Positions 35,801 to 44,909 of a DNA stretch of 53,384 bases are shown here, piece after piece. The notes beneath the pieces are model-generated. The model saw only the letters and a program-made list of their open reading frames with translations, was not told where the DNA came from and did not search any database. The stretch is taken from the IMG/VR virus record IMGVR_UViG_3300036713_000342, positions 1 to 53,384 of that record. The stretch is one strand, 5' to 3'. Numbering within the stretch: the stretch's first letter is position 1; each line of letters opens with the position of its first letter. Position numbers and translations under genes: made by a program. This DNA is from a virus (taxonomy: Duplodnaviria > Caudoviricetes).

Positions 35801-36306
35801 ATGAGCGGTTCACTGGACGAAAGCACTTCTGGTCTGCGTGTATCGTTGATATGCCGAAGACGAAAAAGAAGTTCCTTGAGAACATTGAGGCATACAAAGA
35901 TTTTGGAGACTTCACTAAAGCAGAGAAGATCGAGCAGCTGACCAACATCACAGGGCTATACCCACTGGACATGGTGGTCGACACGCAAGCCATTCGACAT
36001 ATGGAAAAGTTGATGGTTCCACCGCTTGGAGATATGGATACGAGCATCTATGAAATCGATCCAGATCATGCAGTTGTCTGGGCGGTACCTCGTCAGGTCG
36101 AAGTCAAGTATACGAAGAACAAAAGGCCATTTTATGTGGTACATTGCATCGACTCATCATACAAACAGACCAACATTCGTGTTTGGGGGCCGAGGCCAAA
36201 AAAGGATAAAATTTATACCAACAGAATCTACCTGGTGAGACCTAACTATGACCCAAATTGGGGGTATAGTACAAAGGGCCTCAAGGGTTGGAGCCTGGTT
36301 CGATAG
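32863..36306 (+). CDS. dnaE: DNA polymerase III alpha subunit (family C)
   Basis: PHP motifs FVNLHAH, TNHG, PIYGVEAY, DCHY; GRGSGGGSLVAY, PDIDLD, HAGGV, KFDLLGL, YSFNRSHA. Confidence 0.96.
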   Translation: MVDRKTPKIPFVNLHAHDVGSINDGFGYVPDHLDFVYENGLDAHALTNHGNMNTMSYQVLHSKKMEKDGRLVKPIYGVEAYFIPSIEEWKKQQAEIQDNKKKKKADGNDEGIFIEDETKRFAKNVLNRRNHLVLLAQNQQGLYDLYKMVSESYNKPNFYRFPRIDFEVLERLGANLIATSACLGGVLAEHYWRKREDGRDAVMADMRDTNARMVEIFGDRWYLELQWNKIPEQHELNQYIIDLSKETGVPLVSTVDCHYPRPEMWKERVMYNRLGWLSQKTAGEPLPASRDELMYELYPKNGDEVWESFLSYAAEAGVKYDEGLVRESIERTHQIAHERIESFYPDTTVRLPDFVVPEGKTADVALADICAERMAERGLDQRDGYQERLEYELDVISTRGFSKYFLTTIAITDRANEMMLMGPGRGSGGGSLVAYVLGITHIDPIKWGLQFERFMTKKGSGYPDIDLDFSHPTELKDALIDEWGDDTVVRITNYGTLQPSSLIKDISKFHDVPFMEVNSVTRKMGFEAKSGIKKERGIDAGFVNPTYDELMRHSPTLVNFFRKYPKVQEHVDKLIGQMRSISVHAGGVLVQENLNEYMPLIRTYGKGTSKRQTPWSEGQNVRHLEPMGFIKFDLLGLKTLLMIDGAIRKILKRQGNKNPTFKDVKAFYNQHLHPDVIDFDDQEVYKDIFHEGRWPGIFQFAEKGMQRFCMNATPHSLIDLTAVTSIYRPGPLNSKIDKKYVRAKNDPSLVEYIHPSVEQMTKESYGFIVWQEQIASVVSELGRDVSLDDGNKFRKVLTKKGLPREVEAEKERIKSQFRLGCADHGISEASADKILNELEFHSKYSFNRSHALAYSAVSFQCAWLAHYYPTEWMAAYLDKEDKKKEKALSVARSSGYEIANVNINDSDLSWTISNTNDNTLVQPLIAVKGMGPAAIEEILEHRPFTCIEDILFGEGVVRRKLNKKALDVLCRCGALDDLIDERFTGRKHFWSACIVDMPKTKKKFLENIEAYKDFGDFTKAEKIEQLTNITGLYPLDMVVDTQAIRHMEKLMVPPLGDMDTSIYEIDPDHAVVWAVPRQVEVKYTKNKRPFYVVHCIDSSYKQTNIRVWGPRPKKDKIYTNRIYLVRPNYDPNWGYSTKGLKGWSLVR

Positions 36307-36318
36307 AAAGGAAAGTAT

Positions 36319-36834
36319 ATGCTTCTAGAATATGCGAAGGTACGTGATAATGTACGCGCTCCGAGCCGAGCGCACCCAAGTGACGCAGGGCTGGACGTGT
36401 TCCTAAATGTTGAGAAGGTAGGCGACTGCCAAGTGCGGTATTTGCACGGTGGTGTAAAGAAGTACGGCATTGTGATTCAACCTGGAGAGAGTAAAATCCT
36501 GCCGACGGGAATCCGTCTTGGTATTCCTCACGGGTATTATGTTCGTATCGAGAATCGATCCAGTATGTCGGCAAAGCACGACCTGCTTGTCGGCGGCGGG
36601 GTAGTTGATGCTGGTTATGATGGCGAGATCAAGGTGATCATGCATAACGTAGGCAAGGAGCCACAGTTCATCGCGCAACATGAGAAGATTGCTCAACTTG
36701 TGATGATTCCGTGCGTATCGTTCCGAGCGATCGAAACATCGTCTGGCGACTTGTACGATTGGTATCCGCTCACGGTTGACGATGGAGAGAAGCGTGGTGA
36801 GGGAGGATTTGGGAGCACTGATGAACAAGAGTGA
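36319..36834 (+). CDS. dut: Trimeric dUTPase
   Basis: DAGLD, RSS, GVVDAGYDGE, IAQLV, RGEGGFGST. Confidence 0.96.
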   Translation: MLLEYAKVRDNVRAPSRAHPSDAGLDVFLNVEKVGDCQVRYLHGGVKKYGIVIQPGESKILPTGIRLGIPHGYYVRIENRSSMSAKHDLLVGGGVVDAGYDGEIKVIMHNVGKEPQFIAQHEKIAQLVMIPCVSFRAIETSSGDLYDWYPLTVDDGEKRGEGGFGSTDEQE

Positions 36835-37225
36835 TAATTTGAGTACCACGCACATGCGCGTGACCAATGTGGACCTGGATTGGGCTTATCGGAGGTTCGA
36901 TGGTCGGTTTACGTTTGATAAGAAACCGCACAAGCTGTGGACGGATTTGTATACACACGTTCAACCACACACGATCGGCGATAAGGTAAAATTAGTATTT
37001 GATCGAGCGCAAGAAGAGGTGGATAGTGTTGAAGTCGTTGTACTTCCTAACGATACATCTGCGCCATGGTTCCATGACTACTGCACGCTAGCTGCCGAGA
37101 TTCATTTTGGTTATCAGTTGAAGTGGATGGTTGTAGTATTCAAATCAGAGCTTGCACTATATGCATTTGGTAACCACCCGAAGGTTTGTACATTGAAGAG
37201 GAGAGAACGTAATGAAAGCAGTTGA
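36821..37225 (+). CDS. Hypothetical protein
   Basis: Likely start MNKSDN (SD ggag); bridges dut and the IMPDH/GMPR gene. Confidence 0.55.
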   Translation: MNKSDNLSTTHMRVTNVDLDWAYRRFDGRFTFDKKPHKLWTDLYTHVQPHTIGDKVKLVFDRAQEEVDSVEVVVLPNDTSAPWFHDYCTLAAEIHFGYQLKWMVVVFKSELALYAFGNHPKVCTLKRRERNESS

Positions 37226-38261
37226 TTTCAAGTACCACGATACAGCACTAACCTACGATGATATTCAGTTGGTGCCGATGTATTCAGATGTTCGTAGTCG
37301 AGTTGATGTGAATACATCGACATGTATTGATGCGGCCCGCGAGATTTATCTTGATGTTCCTATTATCGCCGCACCAATGGATACCGTGTGTGACGAGGAG
37401 ATGGCGATTGCACTGTGGAAGCTGGGAGGCTTGGGCATTGTTCACCGCTTTATGAGTGTCGAAGAGATGATCGAGAAAGCTAATCGCATTAAGCGTGAAT
37501 GTGGATTCGTGGCACTGTCTGTTGGTGTTGGAAAGCAGGGCAGGAAGCGCTTCAGCAAGGTGAATAGAGAGGTCGCTGTCGATCTATGGTGTGTCGACAT
37601 CGCCCACGGGCATCATATTCTGATGAAGGAATACCTACAGTGGGCACGCCCAAAATATAATGGGCACATCATGGCTGGGAATGTTGCAACTGCGGTTGGT
37701 GTGGATGCCCTCTCCGAGTGGGGCGCTGACAGCGTGAAGGTTGGCATTGGTGGCGGTTCGGTATGCACTACCAGGAACATGACGAAGGTTGGCGTTCCAC
37801 AGGTCACTGCTGTAGCTGCGTGTGCGAATAACTCTGAGTCGAAGACCCCGATCATAGCAGACGGAGGAATCAGATATCCAGGAGACGTTGCATCTGCCCT
37901 AGCCCTTGGTGCCAGTGCCGTTATGATTGGCGGTCTTCTATCTGGTACCAAGGAGACGCCAGGAGACACACATAAGCAGGGCTCGTGGCCATCAGAGATG
38001 TTATATAAGTATTATCGTGGTTCAGCCTCAATTGACTCCAAGGTTGATCGAGGGGAAGAGACAAAGAATGTTGAAGGGGCGTCGAGCACTGTGCCATATA
38101 AGGGCAAGGCAAGGCGTATTGTTGGCGACATCATGGATGGAGTACGAAGCTCCATGTCATATCTCGGAGCAAGGAATATCACATCGTTCCAGACTAGGGC
38201 GGAGTTTGTCCGCGTGACTAATGCTGGAGTGGTAGAAGCAAGTCCGCATGGGATCAAATAA
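37212..38261 (+). CDS. IMPDH/GMP reductase-family enzyme without CBS domains
   Basis: LTYDD, AAPMDTV, DIAHGH, AGNVAT, KVGIGGGSVCTTR, IIADGGI, YRGSAS..NVEG. Confidence 0.92.
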   Translation: MKAVDFKYHDTALTYDDIQLVPMYSDVRSRVDVNTSTCIDAAREIYLDVPIIAAPMDTVCDEEMAIALWKLGGLGIVHRFMSVEEMIEKANRIKRECGFVALSVGVGKQGRKRFSKVNREVAVDLWCVDIAHGHHILMKEYLQWARPKYNGHIMAGNVATAVGVDALSEWGADSVKVGIGGGSVCTTRNMTKVGVPQVTAVAACANNSESKTPIIADGGIRYPGDVASALALGASAVMIGGLLSGTKETPGDTHKQGSWPSEMLYKYYRGSASIDSKVDRGEETKNVEGASSTVPYKGKARRIVGDIMDGVRSSMSYLGARNITSFQTRAEFVRVTNAGVVEASPHGIK

Positions 38262-38706
38262 AGAACAGAAGAAAGGCAGAGTACAGGATTATCTGGAAGA
38301 GTCGAGTACGTTCCGATATGTGTATCGGTACTCGATGCCAGGAGGTAACCTCCAAAGGACTCCACTAACCCTGGCCTATATTAATTCAGATGTGTACGTC
38401 AAGGCGTTGATCGCACTGAGACACATCAGAATGTCACGGCAAGAATTCTGCACTCTTTTGTTTGAAATGATTGTCGAAGATGATGACAGGCTGATGGACC
38501 TTCTAGCAGAGAAGAGGCGAGCCAAGCTGCCACCATCGAAGCACGAGAAAAGAATGATTAAACGCGAAAGAGAGATAAAGGAGGAAATAACAGACCGTTT
38601 CCAGTTGGACGGACGAGAGGTTGAAGACATTTTTGACATTTTAGAAAAGGAAGAAGGAGATTTATTCAATGACGACATCTACAGAGAACTTGAAGAACAA
38701 CAATGA
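38248..38706 (+). CDS. Hypothetical helical protein
   Basis: 152-aa ORF in operon. Confidence 0.65.
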   Translation: MGSNKEQKKGRVQDYLEESSTFRYVYRYSMPGGNLQRTPLTLAYINSDVYVKALIALRHIRMSRQEFCTLLFEMIVEDDDRLMDLLAEKRRAKLPPSKHEKRMIKREREIKEEITDRFQLDGREVEDIFDILEKEEGDLFNDDIYRELEEQQ

Positions 38707-38959
38707 GCCTGAGTGTGTTGGAAAGTGTGAGGAATATTGCGTTAGTTGCCCGACGGAGAACAACGGGTGCCGATACTGGATGAACTATGAAGACGATTTG
38801 AATTGTATGTTTGTGGCAATCAAGAACAACAAGGGGGTTGGTATGACACTGAGGGAGATCGCAGAGCGCGAAGGGGTTAGTCATGTGCAAGTGTTTCATG
38901 ACGAAAAGCGTGCCCTACAAAAGGTTCGTGATAGCCGAGGGATTGAAGACGTTTTGTAA
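38669..38959 (+). CDS. Cys-rich protein with sigma70 region 4-like HTH
   Basis: C..C...C.SC...CRYW...LNC followed by MTLREIAEREGVSHVQV..DEKRALQKV. Confidence 0.75.
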   Translation: MTTSTENLKNNNEPECVGKCEEYCVSCPTENNGCRYWMNYEDDLNCMFVAIKNNKGVGMTLREIAEREGVSHVQVFHDEKRALQKVRDSRGIEDVL

Positions 38960-39014
38960 AACATGCTACTATTTATATCAGTAAGAACAACTTTCTGTAT
39001 TTTAGGAGATAATC

Positions 39015-39680
39015 ATGTCTGGAAAGAAGAACTCAAACAAGCAGCTTCTGAGCGAAAGCGCGATGCGTCGATTCGGGAAGATTGCAGGGATTGATGAGAG
39101 CCAGCTGGAAAAGCATTTTGTGAAGGAAGACGATGAAGAGCAGGTGAACGAAGAGGCGGGTAAGGGTGCCCCCTTTGGTTCGAGTCAAACTGACGACAAG
39201 ATGAAGGATCTCAAAGAGGGCATGGACGAATTCCCTCCAGAGGACGAAGAGGAAGTCCCGCCTGAGATGCCTGGTGAAGAGCCAGAAATGCCGCCAGTTG
39301 AGGATGAGATGCCAATGGACGCCGAGCCAGGGATGGAAGAGGGACCAATGGGTAACTTCTCTGAGGAAGATGTGGCGCAAATTGTTGACGCTATTGCTGA
39401 TGCCGTATCTCAGGTGACAGGCGTTGATGTTGAAGGCCCAGGTGCCGACGCTGAAATGGGCGAAGAGATGCCAGGCGAAGAGTTGCCAGCGGAAGAGCCC
39501 GAGATGGAAATGGAGCCCGAAGAGGGCATGCCCCCAGAGGAGGAGGAGGAAGAGGAAGAGGTGATGGAAGGCCGCGACGGTATTCCCACTCCCCCCGCAC
39601 CAAAGGGTATGGATGAACTAGTTGAGAACGTGACAAAGCGGGTGGTCGCGCGTCTTATGGAAGCTAGTAAGAAGAGCTAA
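39015..39680 (+). CDS. Acidic low-complexity protein, probable prohead core/internal head protein
   Basis: E/P/M-rich; LLSE, VKE, VNEE, LKE, VME, LVE, LME sites; upstream CTATTTAT and SD aggag. Confidence 0.6.
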   Translation: MSGKKNSNKQLLSESAMRRFGKIAGIDESQLEKHFVKEDDEEQVNEEAGKGAPFGSSQTDDKMKDLKEGMDEFPPEDEEEVPPEMPGEEPEMPPVEDEMPMDAEPGMEEGPMGNFSEEDVAQIVDAIADAVSQVTGVDVEGPGADAEMGEEMPGEELPAEEPEMEMEPEEGMPPEEEEEEEEVMEGRDGIPTPPAPKGMDELVENVTKRVVARLMEASKKS

Positions 39681-39702
39681 ATAAAGTTCTCCTAATACAG
39701 AG

Positions 39703-39728
39703 CAAAGGCCACGCTAGCGTGGCCTTTG
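39703..39728. terminator. Perfect 26-nt palindrome / terminator-like hairpin
   Basis: caaaggccacgctagcgtggcctttg. Confidence 0.7.
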
Positions 39729-39752
39729 TCGTGTCTGGAATATAGTTAATAT

Positions 39753-39941
39753 ATGGAACCAACCTCAGATAGTATTGATAAAGCACTGAACGAGTATTAT
39801 GAGCGCGAGTCTCGTACCACATTAACAGAAGATAATATATACGATATGGTAAAGGCAACTCTATTAGAGAGATTGGAGTTGCAAAATGGCAGGTCGAGGA
39901 ATAGTAGCGAGAGAACCAGGGCAGACCTACAAGAACACTAA
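39753..39941 (+). CDS. Small hypothetical protein
   Basis: ALNE, LTE, LLE helical motifs; no clear SD; overlaps the next gene. Confidence 0.4.
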   Translation: MEPTSDSIDKALNEYYERESRTTLTEDNIYDMVKATLLERLELQNGRSRNSSERTRADLQEH

Positions 39942-41175
39942 CGGCGACGCTTTACAATTCATTAGATATTTAATATTCGAACCACACGAAGATGATATGA
40001 ACGGTATCGATTCATATGTCCAATCGCATTGCATGGACAACAGTCTTTATCTTACCGAGGTAAATGGGCCGAACAAGGCAGCAATATTAGCAATATTCGA
40101 AAACACTGAAACGAAGAAGAAAGAAGGATTCGTTAGGTACTTCAAGTATATCAGGGACGAAGGAAGATATATGTGGACAGATGCTGTGTTCTTCAGAGAT
40201 ACTGGATTTAAACGACAGACTGGTCGCAGCGCCGCGGAGACTGTCCCGATTAAACCAACAGACCTAATAGAGGATGACCTGTTTTATAACGTTCGAGAGG
40301 TAGAGAATAGTGTCGTGGACAATGCGCCCCAGCCGTTCAGAAACTATTTCATTTATGTTATCGACAGAATGAAAAGAGGCGAACCTGGACCAGTGGTATT
40401 CCGCGGAGGTCGCCGACACATTCCGACAATCAACAAATATATGGGAGAGGTCTTGGCCCCGATGGCTTTGGTGTATGGATGGGAGATTCCCGATTCATAT
40501 TTGATCAACGATCGTAAAGCAACAATACGATATCCCCAAGATGCTAAAAATGTATTGATTGACAGCGAAGTTGTCACGGGAGACACGAAGATACAGATCT
40601 CCTCCAAGGCAGGGCATCAAGGTGCGGCAACATCAGCCCATATTCTATTTGATATCTTGTCCGAGAATGGGTTTGATTCTGATTTCTATAACAAATATGC
40701 GCGTGAAATACAGCTGATTAAAATCATTCACGAGCATGGGCAATATGAAGGCCCGCTAGTTGCGGCGGAAGCTCTTGGGATTCTTGATTACGGAGAGGCA
40801 AAAAAAATACTTAGTGGATCTCTGGAATCATCTCCAAATGTTTGTTCGTTGAGGGAGCACTTAACAACAGACCACCCGCCAGGGTACAATAAGCTATATC
40901 ACACTATTGCTGGTGTGGCCAAGGTGTTAATCGAAGAGGCCAATGCCCACATGGATATTGATGGGTTCGCCAGAGAGCTATTAAGGCGCAAAAAAGGCTT
41001 TATCCAAATGAACTCACACGCTGGATATTCTGGGGAAGATGCACTATTTAAGGGGTTTACGATTAGAAACCCGTCGGACTTTGATGGCTCCGTAGTGTTA
41101 AGCGCAAGGAAAAACTATTTCACGACCAACATCACTGGTAAGATCACATTTAAACTGAAAAGGAATATCTCATGA
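39886..41175 (+). CDS. Hypothetical protein, possible PD-(D/E)xK nuclease fold
   Basis: YMGEVLAP...LIDSEV...IQISSKAG resembles a degenerate restriction-type active site; SD ggag. Confidence 0.5.
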   Translation: MAGRGIVAREPGQTYKNTNGDALQFIRYLIFEPHEDDMNGIDSYVQSHCMDNSLYLTEVNGPNKAAILAIFENTETKKKEGFVRYFKYIRDEGRYMWTDAVFFRDTGFKRQTGRSAAETVPIKPTDLIEDDLFYNVREVENSVVDNAPQPFRNYFIYVIDRMKRGEPGPVVFRGGRRHIPTINKYMGEVLAPMALVYGWEIPDSYLINDRKATIRYPQDAKNVLIDSEVVTGDTKIQISSKAGHQGAATSAHILFDILSENGFDSDFYNKYAREIQLIKIIHEHGQYEGPLVAAEALGILDYGEAKKILSGSLESSPNVCSLREHLTTDHPPGYNKLYHTIAGVAKVLIEEANAHMDIDGFARELLRRKKGFIQMNSHAGYSGEDALFKGFTIRNPSDFDGSVVLSARKNYFTTNITGKITFKLKRNIS

Positions 41176-42740
41176 CTCAAACTTCGGACAAGACCTGGAA
41201 AGATCAAATCGCCTCTGGGCTTGATGCGATTGTCAAGCCAATCGCCTCAACGCTTGGGCCATGCGGGCAGAATGTTCTGCTCTATAATAACAAAGCAAAG
41301 TATCCAGCCATTACCAAGGACGGTGCTACTATTGCAAAGTTCGTTCAGCACGACGACGTTTTCGTGAACGCGGTGATTCAGTTGGTCAAACAGGCCAGCC
41401 GTCGAACCAACCGTGATGCTGGCGATGGTACTACAACTACTGCCCTCTTGACACAATCAATCTATACTCTTGCCGAGAGGTATGGTGACGGACGCTCTCC
41501 AATTGCCATCAAGCGTCAGATCGACGCTGCCGTAGACAAGGTGGCCGCAGCACTAAAGGAATATAAAAATCCAGTTCGTAGCGAAGACGACATCTTGCAC
41601 ATTGCGACCGTATCCGCCAACGGCGACAAAAGGCTGGGCAAGACCGTTGCAATGGCGATGATCCAGGCTGGCAAGGACGGAACGGTACTAGTAAAGGAAG
41701 ACCCGAGTTCGTCAGATACAACGCTTGAGATCCTTGAAGGGTATCGGGTTGAGTCTGGGTTCTTGTCGGCATCGTTTGTTACGGATGAACGCAGGAATAT
41801 CATGAATTATCACGATGCCTTGGTGTTGGTGACCGACGAGACGATCAAGAGCGTCAAAGACATCTTCCATATCTTGGAAATCGTTGGTCGGGAGCGCAAG
41901 CCCCTCATTGTTGTAGCAGAGAATGTAGTCGACGAAGCTCTTGCGGCCCTTATCATGAACAAGGTACGCGGCACGATGCCTGTTGCTGCAATCCGCGCGC
42001 CATCATTTGGAGAACACAAAAGAAATATCCTTAAAGACCTAGCGTTGGTTATTGGCGCTACATATGTATCGAAGGAACACGCCATGACCTTAGAAGATGT
42101 TAAGCTCGCAGATCTCGGAAAGGTTGGAACGGTGGAAGCTACTCAATTTATGACCACTTTTGTTGATGGTGGCGGCGATATGAGTAAGATTGAGGACAGG
42201 CTGGTTGGTCTACGAGAAACCATTAAAGAAGTCGACGACCCAGACAAGGGCGAGTTGGTGCAGGAGCGCATCACGAAGCTATCGAGCGGAGTCGCCGTGA
42301 TCCACGTTGGAGGCAACTCCGAGGTTGAGATCAGGGAACGCAAGGATCGAGTTGACGATGCCATTGGCGCGATTGTCGCTGCACAGCGTGGCGGCATGCT
42401 TCCAGGCGGTGGACGTGCGTTATACTATCTAGCCGACAAGCTGTCATCTGGTGATGATACGGTCGGAGAGAAGATCCTATACGATGCGATGCGTACGCCA
42501 TACTTACAGATGGCGAAGAATGCTGGCGAGGATGGAGCAGCTATCATCAAATACCACGTTCCAGTTGAAGCAACCATCGAAGATGTGTATGATTTCGTTG
42601 AGGAGAAGGTGGTGAATTGTTACACTAATGGCATCGTTGATCCAGCTGATGTGACGATTGGTGCGCTGAAAAACGCCGCATCTGTTGCTGGTTTGTTAAT
42701 GACTACTGATTTCGCGGTGTATCACAAGAAAACAGACTAA
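41172..42740 (+). CDS. groEL: Phage chaperonin, GroEL-like
   Basis: TLGPCG.NV, ITKDGATIA, AGDGTTT, ATVSANGD, APSFG, ERKDRVDDA, PGGG, GIVDP; no GGM tail. Confidence 0.96.
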   Translation: MTQTSDKTWKDQIASGLDAIVKPIASTLGPCGQNVLLYNNKAKYPAITKDGATIAKFVQHDDVFVNAVIQLVKQASRRTNRDAGDGTTTTALLTQSIYTLAERYGDGRSPIAIKRQIDAAVDKVAAALKEYKNPVRSEDDILHIATVSANGDKRLGKTVAMAMIQAGKDGTVLVKEDPSSSDTTLEILEGYRVESGFLSASFVTDERRNIMNYHDALVLVTDETIKSVKDIFHILEIVGRERKPLIVVAENVVDEALAALIMNKVRGTMPVAAIRAPSFGEHKRNILKDLALVIGATYVSKEHAMTLEDVKLADLGKVGTVEATQFMTTFVDGGGDMSKIEDRLVGLRETIKEVDDPDKGELVQERITKLSSGVAVIHVGGNSEVEIRERKDRVDDAIGAIVAAQRGGMLPGGGRALYYLADKLSSGDDTVGEKILYDAMRTPYLQMAKNAGEDGAAIIKYHVPVEATIEDVYDFVEEKVVNCYTNGIVDPADVTIGALKNAASVAGLLMTTDFAVYHKKTD

Positions 42741-42774
42741 TTAATGTAAGGCTAACAGAGGAAACAACAATCCC

Positions 42775-43119
42775 ATGACGGAATCAGAAAAGAACACCCT
42801 TACTGACCTTCAAGCTTCCATGATTCAACTACTTGAGCACTCGAAACATTCGAAGGACACACTGAATCGAGTCGAGTCAGAAATAGGAGAGGTGAAGGTG
42901 GATGTAAAGGAAATATCGTCAGCACTTTACAACCCCTCCGCAGGAGCATTTGCAAGAATCCAATGCGTGGAGAAGGAGGTCATCCCAGACGGCAAAGTGA
43001 GGATGAGCAAATCAGAAGAAACCTTGAAAAGCATGAAGAGATATGTTCAAATTGCTGTTGGTGCAGCAATCACATCTGTCGTCGGCCTCGTCATTGGTAC
43101 GTTAATCGCTGCTCTTTAG
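42775..43119 (+). CDS. Coiled-coil protein with a C-terminal TM helix (holin/XhlA-like layout)
   Basis: Heptad-rich body, then IAVGAAITSVVGLVIGTLIAAL; upstream CTAATTAA. Confidence 0.55.
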   Translation: MTESEKNTLTDLQASMIQLLEHSKHSKDTLNRVESEIGEVKVDVKEISSALYNPSAGAFARIQCVEKEVIPDGKVRMSKSEETLKSMKRYVQIAVGAAITSVVGLVIGTLIAAL

Positions 43120-43130
43120 TCTATATTTAC

Positions 43131-43159
43131 TTGACAACCAGCTGAAATCATGCTAATCT
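43131..43159 (+). promoter_or_regulatory. Sigma70-type promoter TTGACA-17-TAATCT
   Basis: Consensus -35 and TG-extended -10; SD ggagg downstream. Confidence 0.8.
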
Positions 43160-43189
43160 CTATACATAACATGGAGGTTACGGAAACAC

Positions 43190-44020
43190 ATGGCACGTCG
43201 CAAGATCATCCAGGAAAAGTTCGAAGCCCTTCTTCAGCGCCCCCTGAGTGATAAGGACCGCAATACCGTGGAGAGCTTGTTCAACCACTACAAGACCAAG
43301 GGCAACCTGACCCAGGGACGACGTAACTACCTCGCGATCCTGGAGGAACGGTACTCCGAGGCGAAGGTCCAGGAGCGGAATCAGAAGGCTGCTGCCAGCC
43401 CCCACCGCGCCACCATCGACGCCCTCCTGGCTGACGACGAACTGAACGACCGTGATCGTGCGTTCGTGACGAAGATGGACGATTCGCTGAAGTCTTACGG
43501 CTCATTGACCGAGAACATGGCCAAGGCTATCGTCAAGATCGCCACGCGCAACACCCCCGAAGCTCGCCAGGCACGGAGCGAGTGGGAGGAAAAGTATCGC
43601 TCCACGTGGCGCCGTGAGCACGCCGAGATCGCCGCCGAGTATTACGTCAATCGTCTGGAGTATTTCAGCGACCTGGCCCTTTGCATCAAGGGTGATCCGA
43701 ACTACGTCCCGACCGAAAAGCAGTTCAATGCGATGGTTGCGAACAAGCATGCTCAGCGCGTCATCGAGTCGCACACCGCGGCCCCGAAGTTCGAAGTTGG
43801 CCAGCTGGTGTCGCCGTCGTCGTTCAAGACCCGCCACCACCGCTGGTCCTGGACCACCAACGACACTCAGGCAGTGGTGCTCGAAATTGCACCCGAGCCC
43901 GTAGTTAGTGCAGCCCGTGGCGCCAAGCGCTACCGCATCGCTCTCATCTGCGACCTGTCTGTGCAGCATGTCGTCGAGGAGCGTGAGATGAAGAACGCTA
44001 AGTTCACAAAGAAGGAATAA
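43190..44020 (+). CDS. Putative early protein with repeated helical units and a C-terminal SH3/KOW-like domain
   Basis: LSDKDRNTVESL/LNDRDRAFVTKM repeats; PKFEVGQLV...AVVLE...VEEREMK. Confidence 0.7.
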   Translation: MARRKIIQEKFEALLQRPLSDKDRNTVESLFNHYKTKGNLTQGRRNYLAILEERYSEAKVQERNQKAAASPHRATIDALLADDELNDRDRAFVTKMDDSLKSYGSLTENMAKAIVKIATRNTPEARQARSEWEEKYRSTWRREHAEIAAEYYVNRLEYFSDLALCIKGDPNYVPTEKQFNAMVANKHAQRVIESHTAAPKFEVGQLVSPSSFKTRHHRWSWTTNDTQAVVLEIAPEPVVSAARGAKRYRIALICDLSVQHVVEEREMKNAKFTKKE

Positions 44021-44021
44021 T

Positions 44022-44306
44022 ATGGAAGAAAAACCACTGAAACTCACCAAGATCGTTAAGACCGTACCTACCTCAGAGCTACTCCGAGAGACACAGATTG
44101 AACTGGTCAAGGCTCTCGGAGTCATCAAGGAAAGCCTCAACGGTGATCCTGTTGACGTTACCTCGATGCCTGTGGACCATAGCATCATTCTCATTGGTAG
44201 CGTGCGTAGGGTCCTTGCCCTCGCCGATGCGATGCTGGCCGATTGTCAAACCAACCTAACCATCTACCAGGAAGCTGTGATGGAGGGAGATAAGGAAAGC
44301 GAATGA
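44022..44306 (+). CDS. Hypothetical protein
   Basis: Coupled ORF with SD aagga. Confidence 0.65.
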   Translation: MEEKPLKLTKIVKTVPTSELLRETQIELVKALGVIKESLNGDPVDVTSMPVDHSIILIGSVRRVLALADAMLADCQTNLTIYQEAVMEGDKESE

Positions 44307-44581
44307 TTGCTGCACAGTTCCCTGGTTTTGAAGAGGGACAGATTATTTACATCCCATCAGGCGTAACCCTCTTTAAGAGGAACATCCAGGCACCAAACTA
44401 TATGGCACCTGGACAAAAAAAGCTTGAAGATATTTTTTATGCGCCCTCGAAGGTAACGACTATTCCTATCTATGGTATGTTTATGAAGCGTCACAAGACA
44501 TATGGATCGGTGGTGACAAGCGACGGAGAGTATTACGTTCAAATGCACCAGATCTATCACGTGAAGGAGGAGGAAGAATGA
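44303..44581 (+). CDS. Hypothetical SH3-like protein
   Basis: FEEGQIIYIP...YGMF...EYYV; ATGA overlap. Confidence 0.6.
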   Translation: MIAAQFPGFEEGQIIYIPSGVTLFKRNIQAPNYMAPGQKKLEDIFYAPSKVTTIPIYGMFMKRHKTYGSVVTSDGEYYVQMHQIYHVKEEEE

Positions 44582-44901
44582 TTATCAGATTGATTCAAGT
44601 GGTCACACAGACATCGGTGGCAACGAAAGCATCCGAGGGTGGAAACGTGACCAGCGTAGGGAAGGTGATTGGCCACAACTTACGAGAGTTCATCATTGAT
44701 GCAAAAGAGGTGTGGAAGGCATACGAAAACTCCGCGCTGAAACAAGAGTTGATAGAGCATCCAGAGCTATTCCCTGCCAACCTGAAGCCTGAGACGAATT
44801 TCTTTACGATTGTATATAAGAATGGTGAACTTGACAATGTAGCTGGTGCGTTCGATATCGAGAGGCTACGACGCAAGCTCAACGCGGTACCGATGATCTA
44901 G
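44578..44901 (+). CDS. Hypothetical protein
   Basis: ATGA overlap, strong SD. Confidence 0.65.
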   Translation: MIIRLIQVVTQTSVATKASEGGNVTSVGKVIGHNLREFIIDAKEVWKAYENSALKQELIEHPELFPANLKPETNFFTIVYKNGELDNVAGAFDIERLRRKLNAVPMI

Positions 44902-44909
44902 AGAGAGTC

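Noticed and set aside
24622-36306. Inteins in helicase, NrdJ or DnaE
   Set aside because: Lengths are ordinary and I saw no C...HN-C/S/T splice junctions or LAGLIDADG insertions.
43502-44194. Long antisense ORFs (e.g. 43502-44194, 30285-30899, 22424-22987, 8026-8580)
   Set aside because: They shadow well-supported + strand genes and lack motifs or RBS; they are explained by codon bias.
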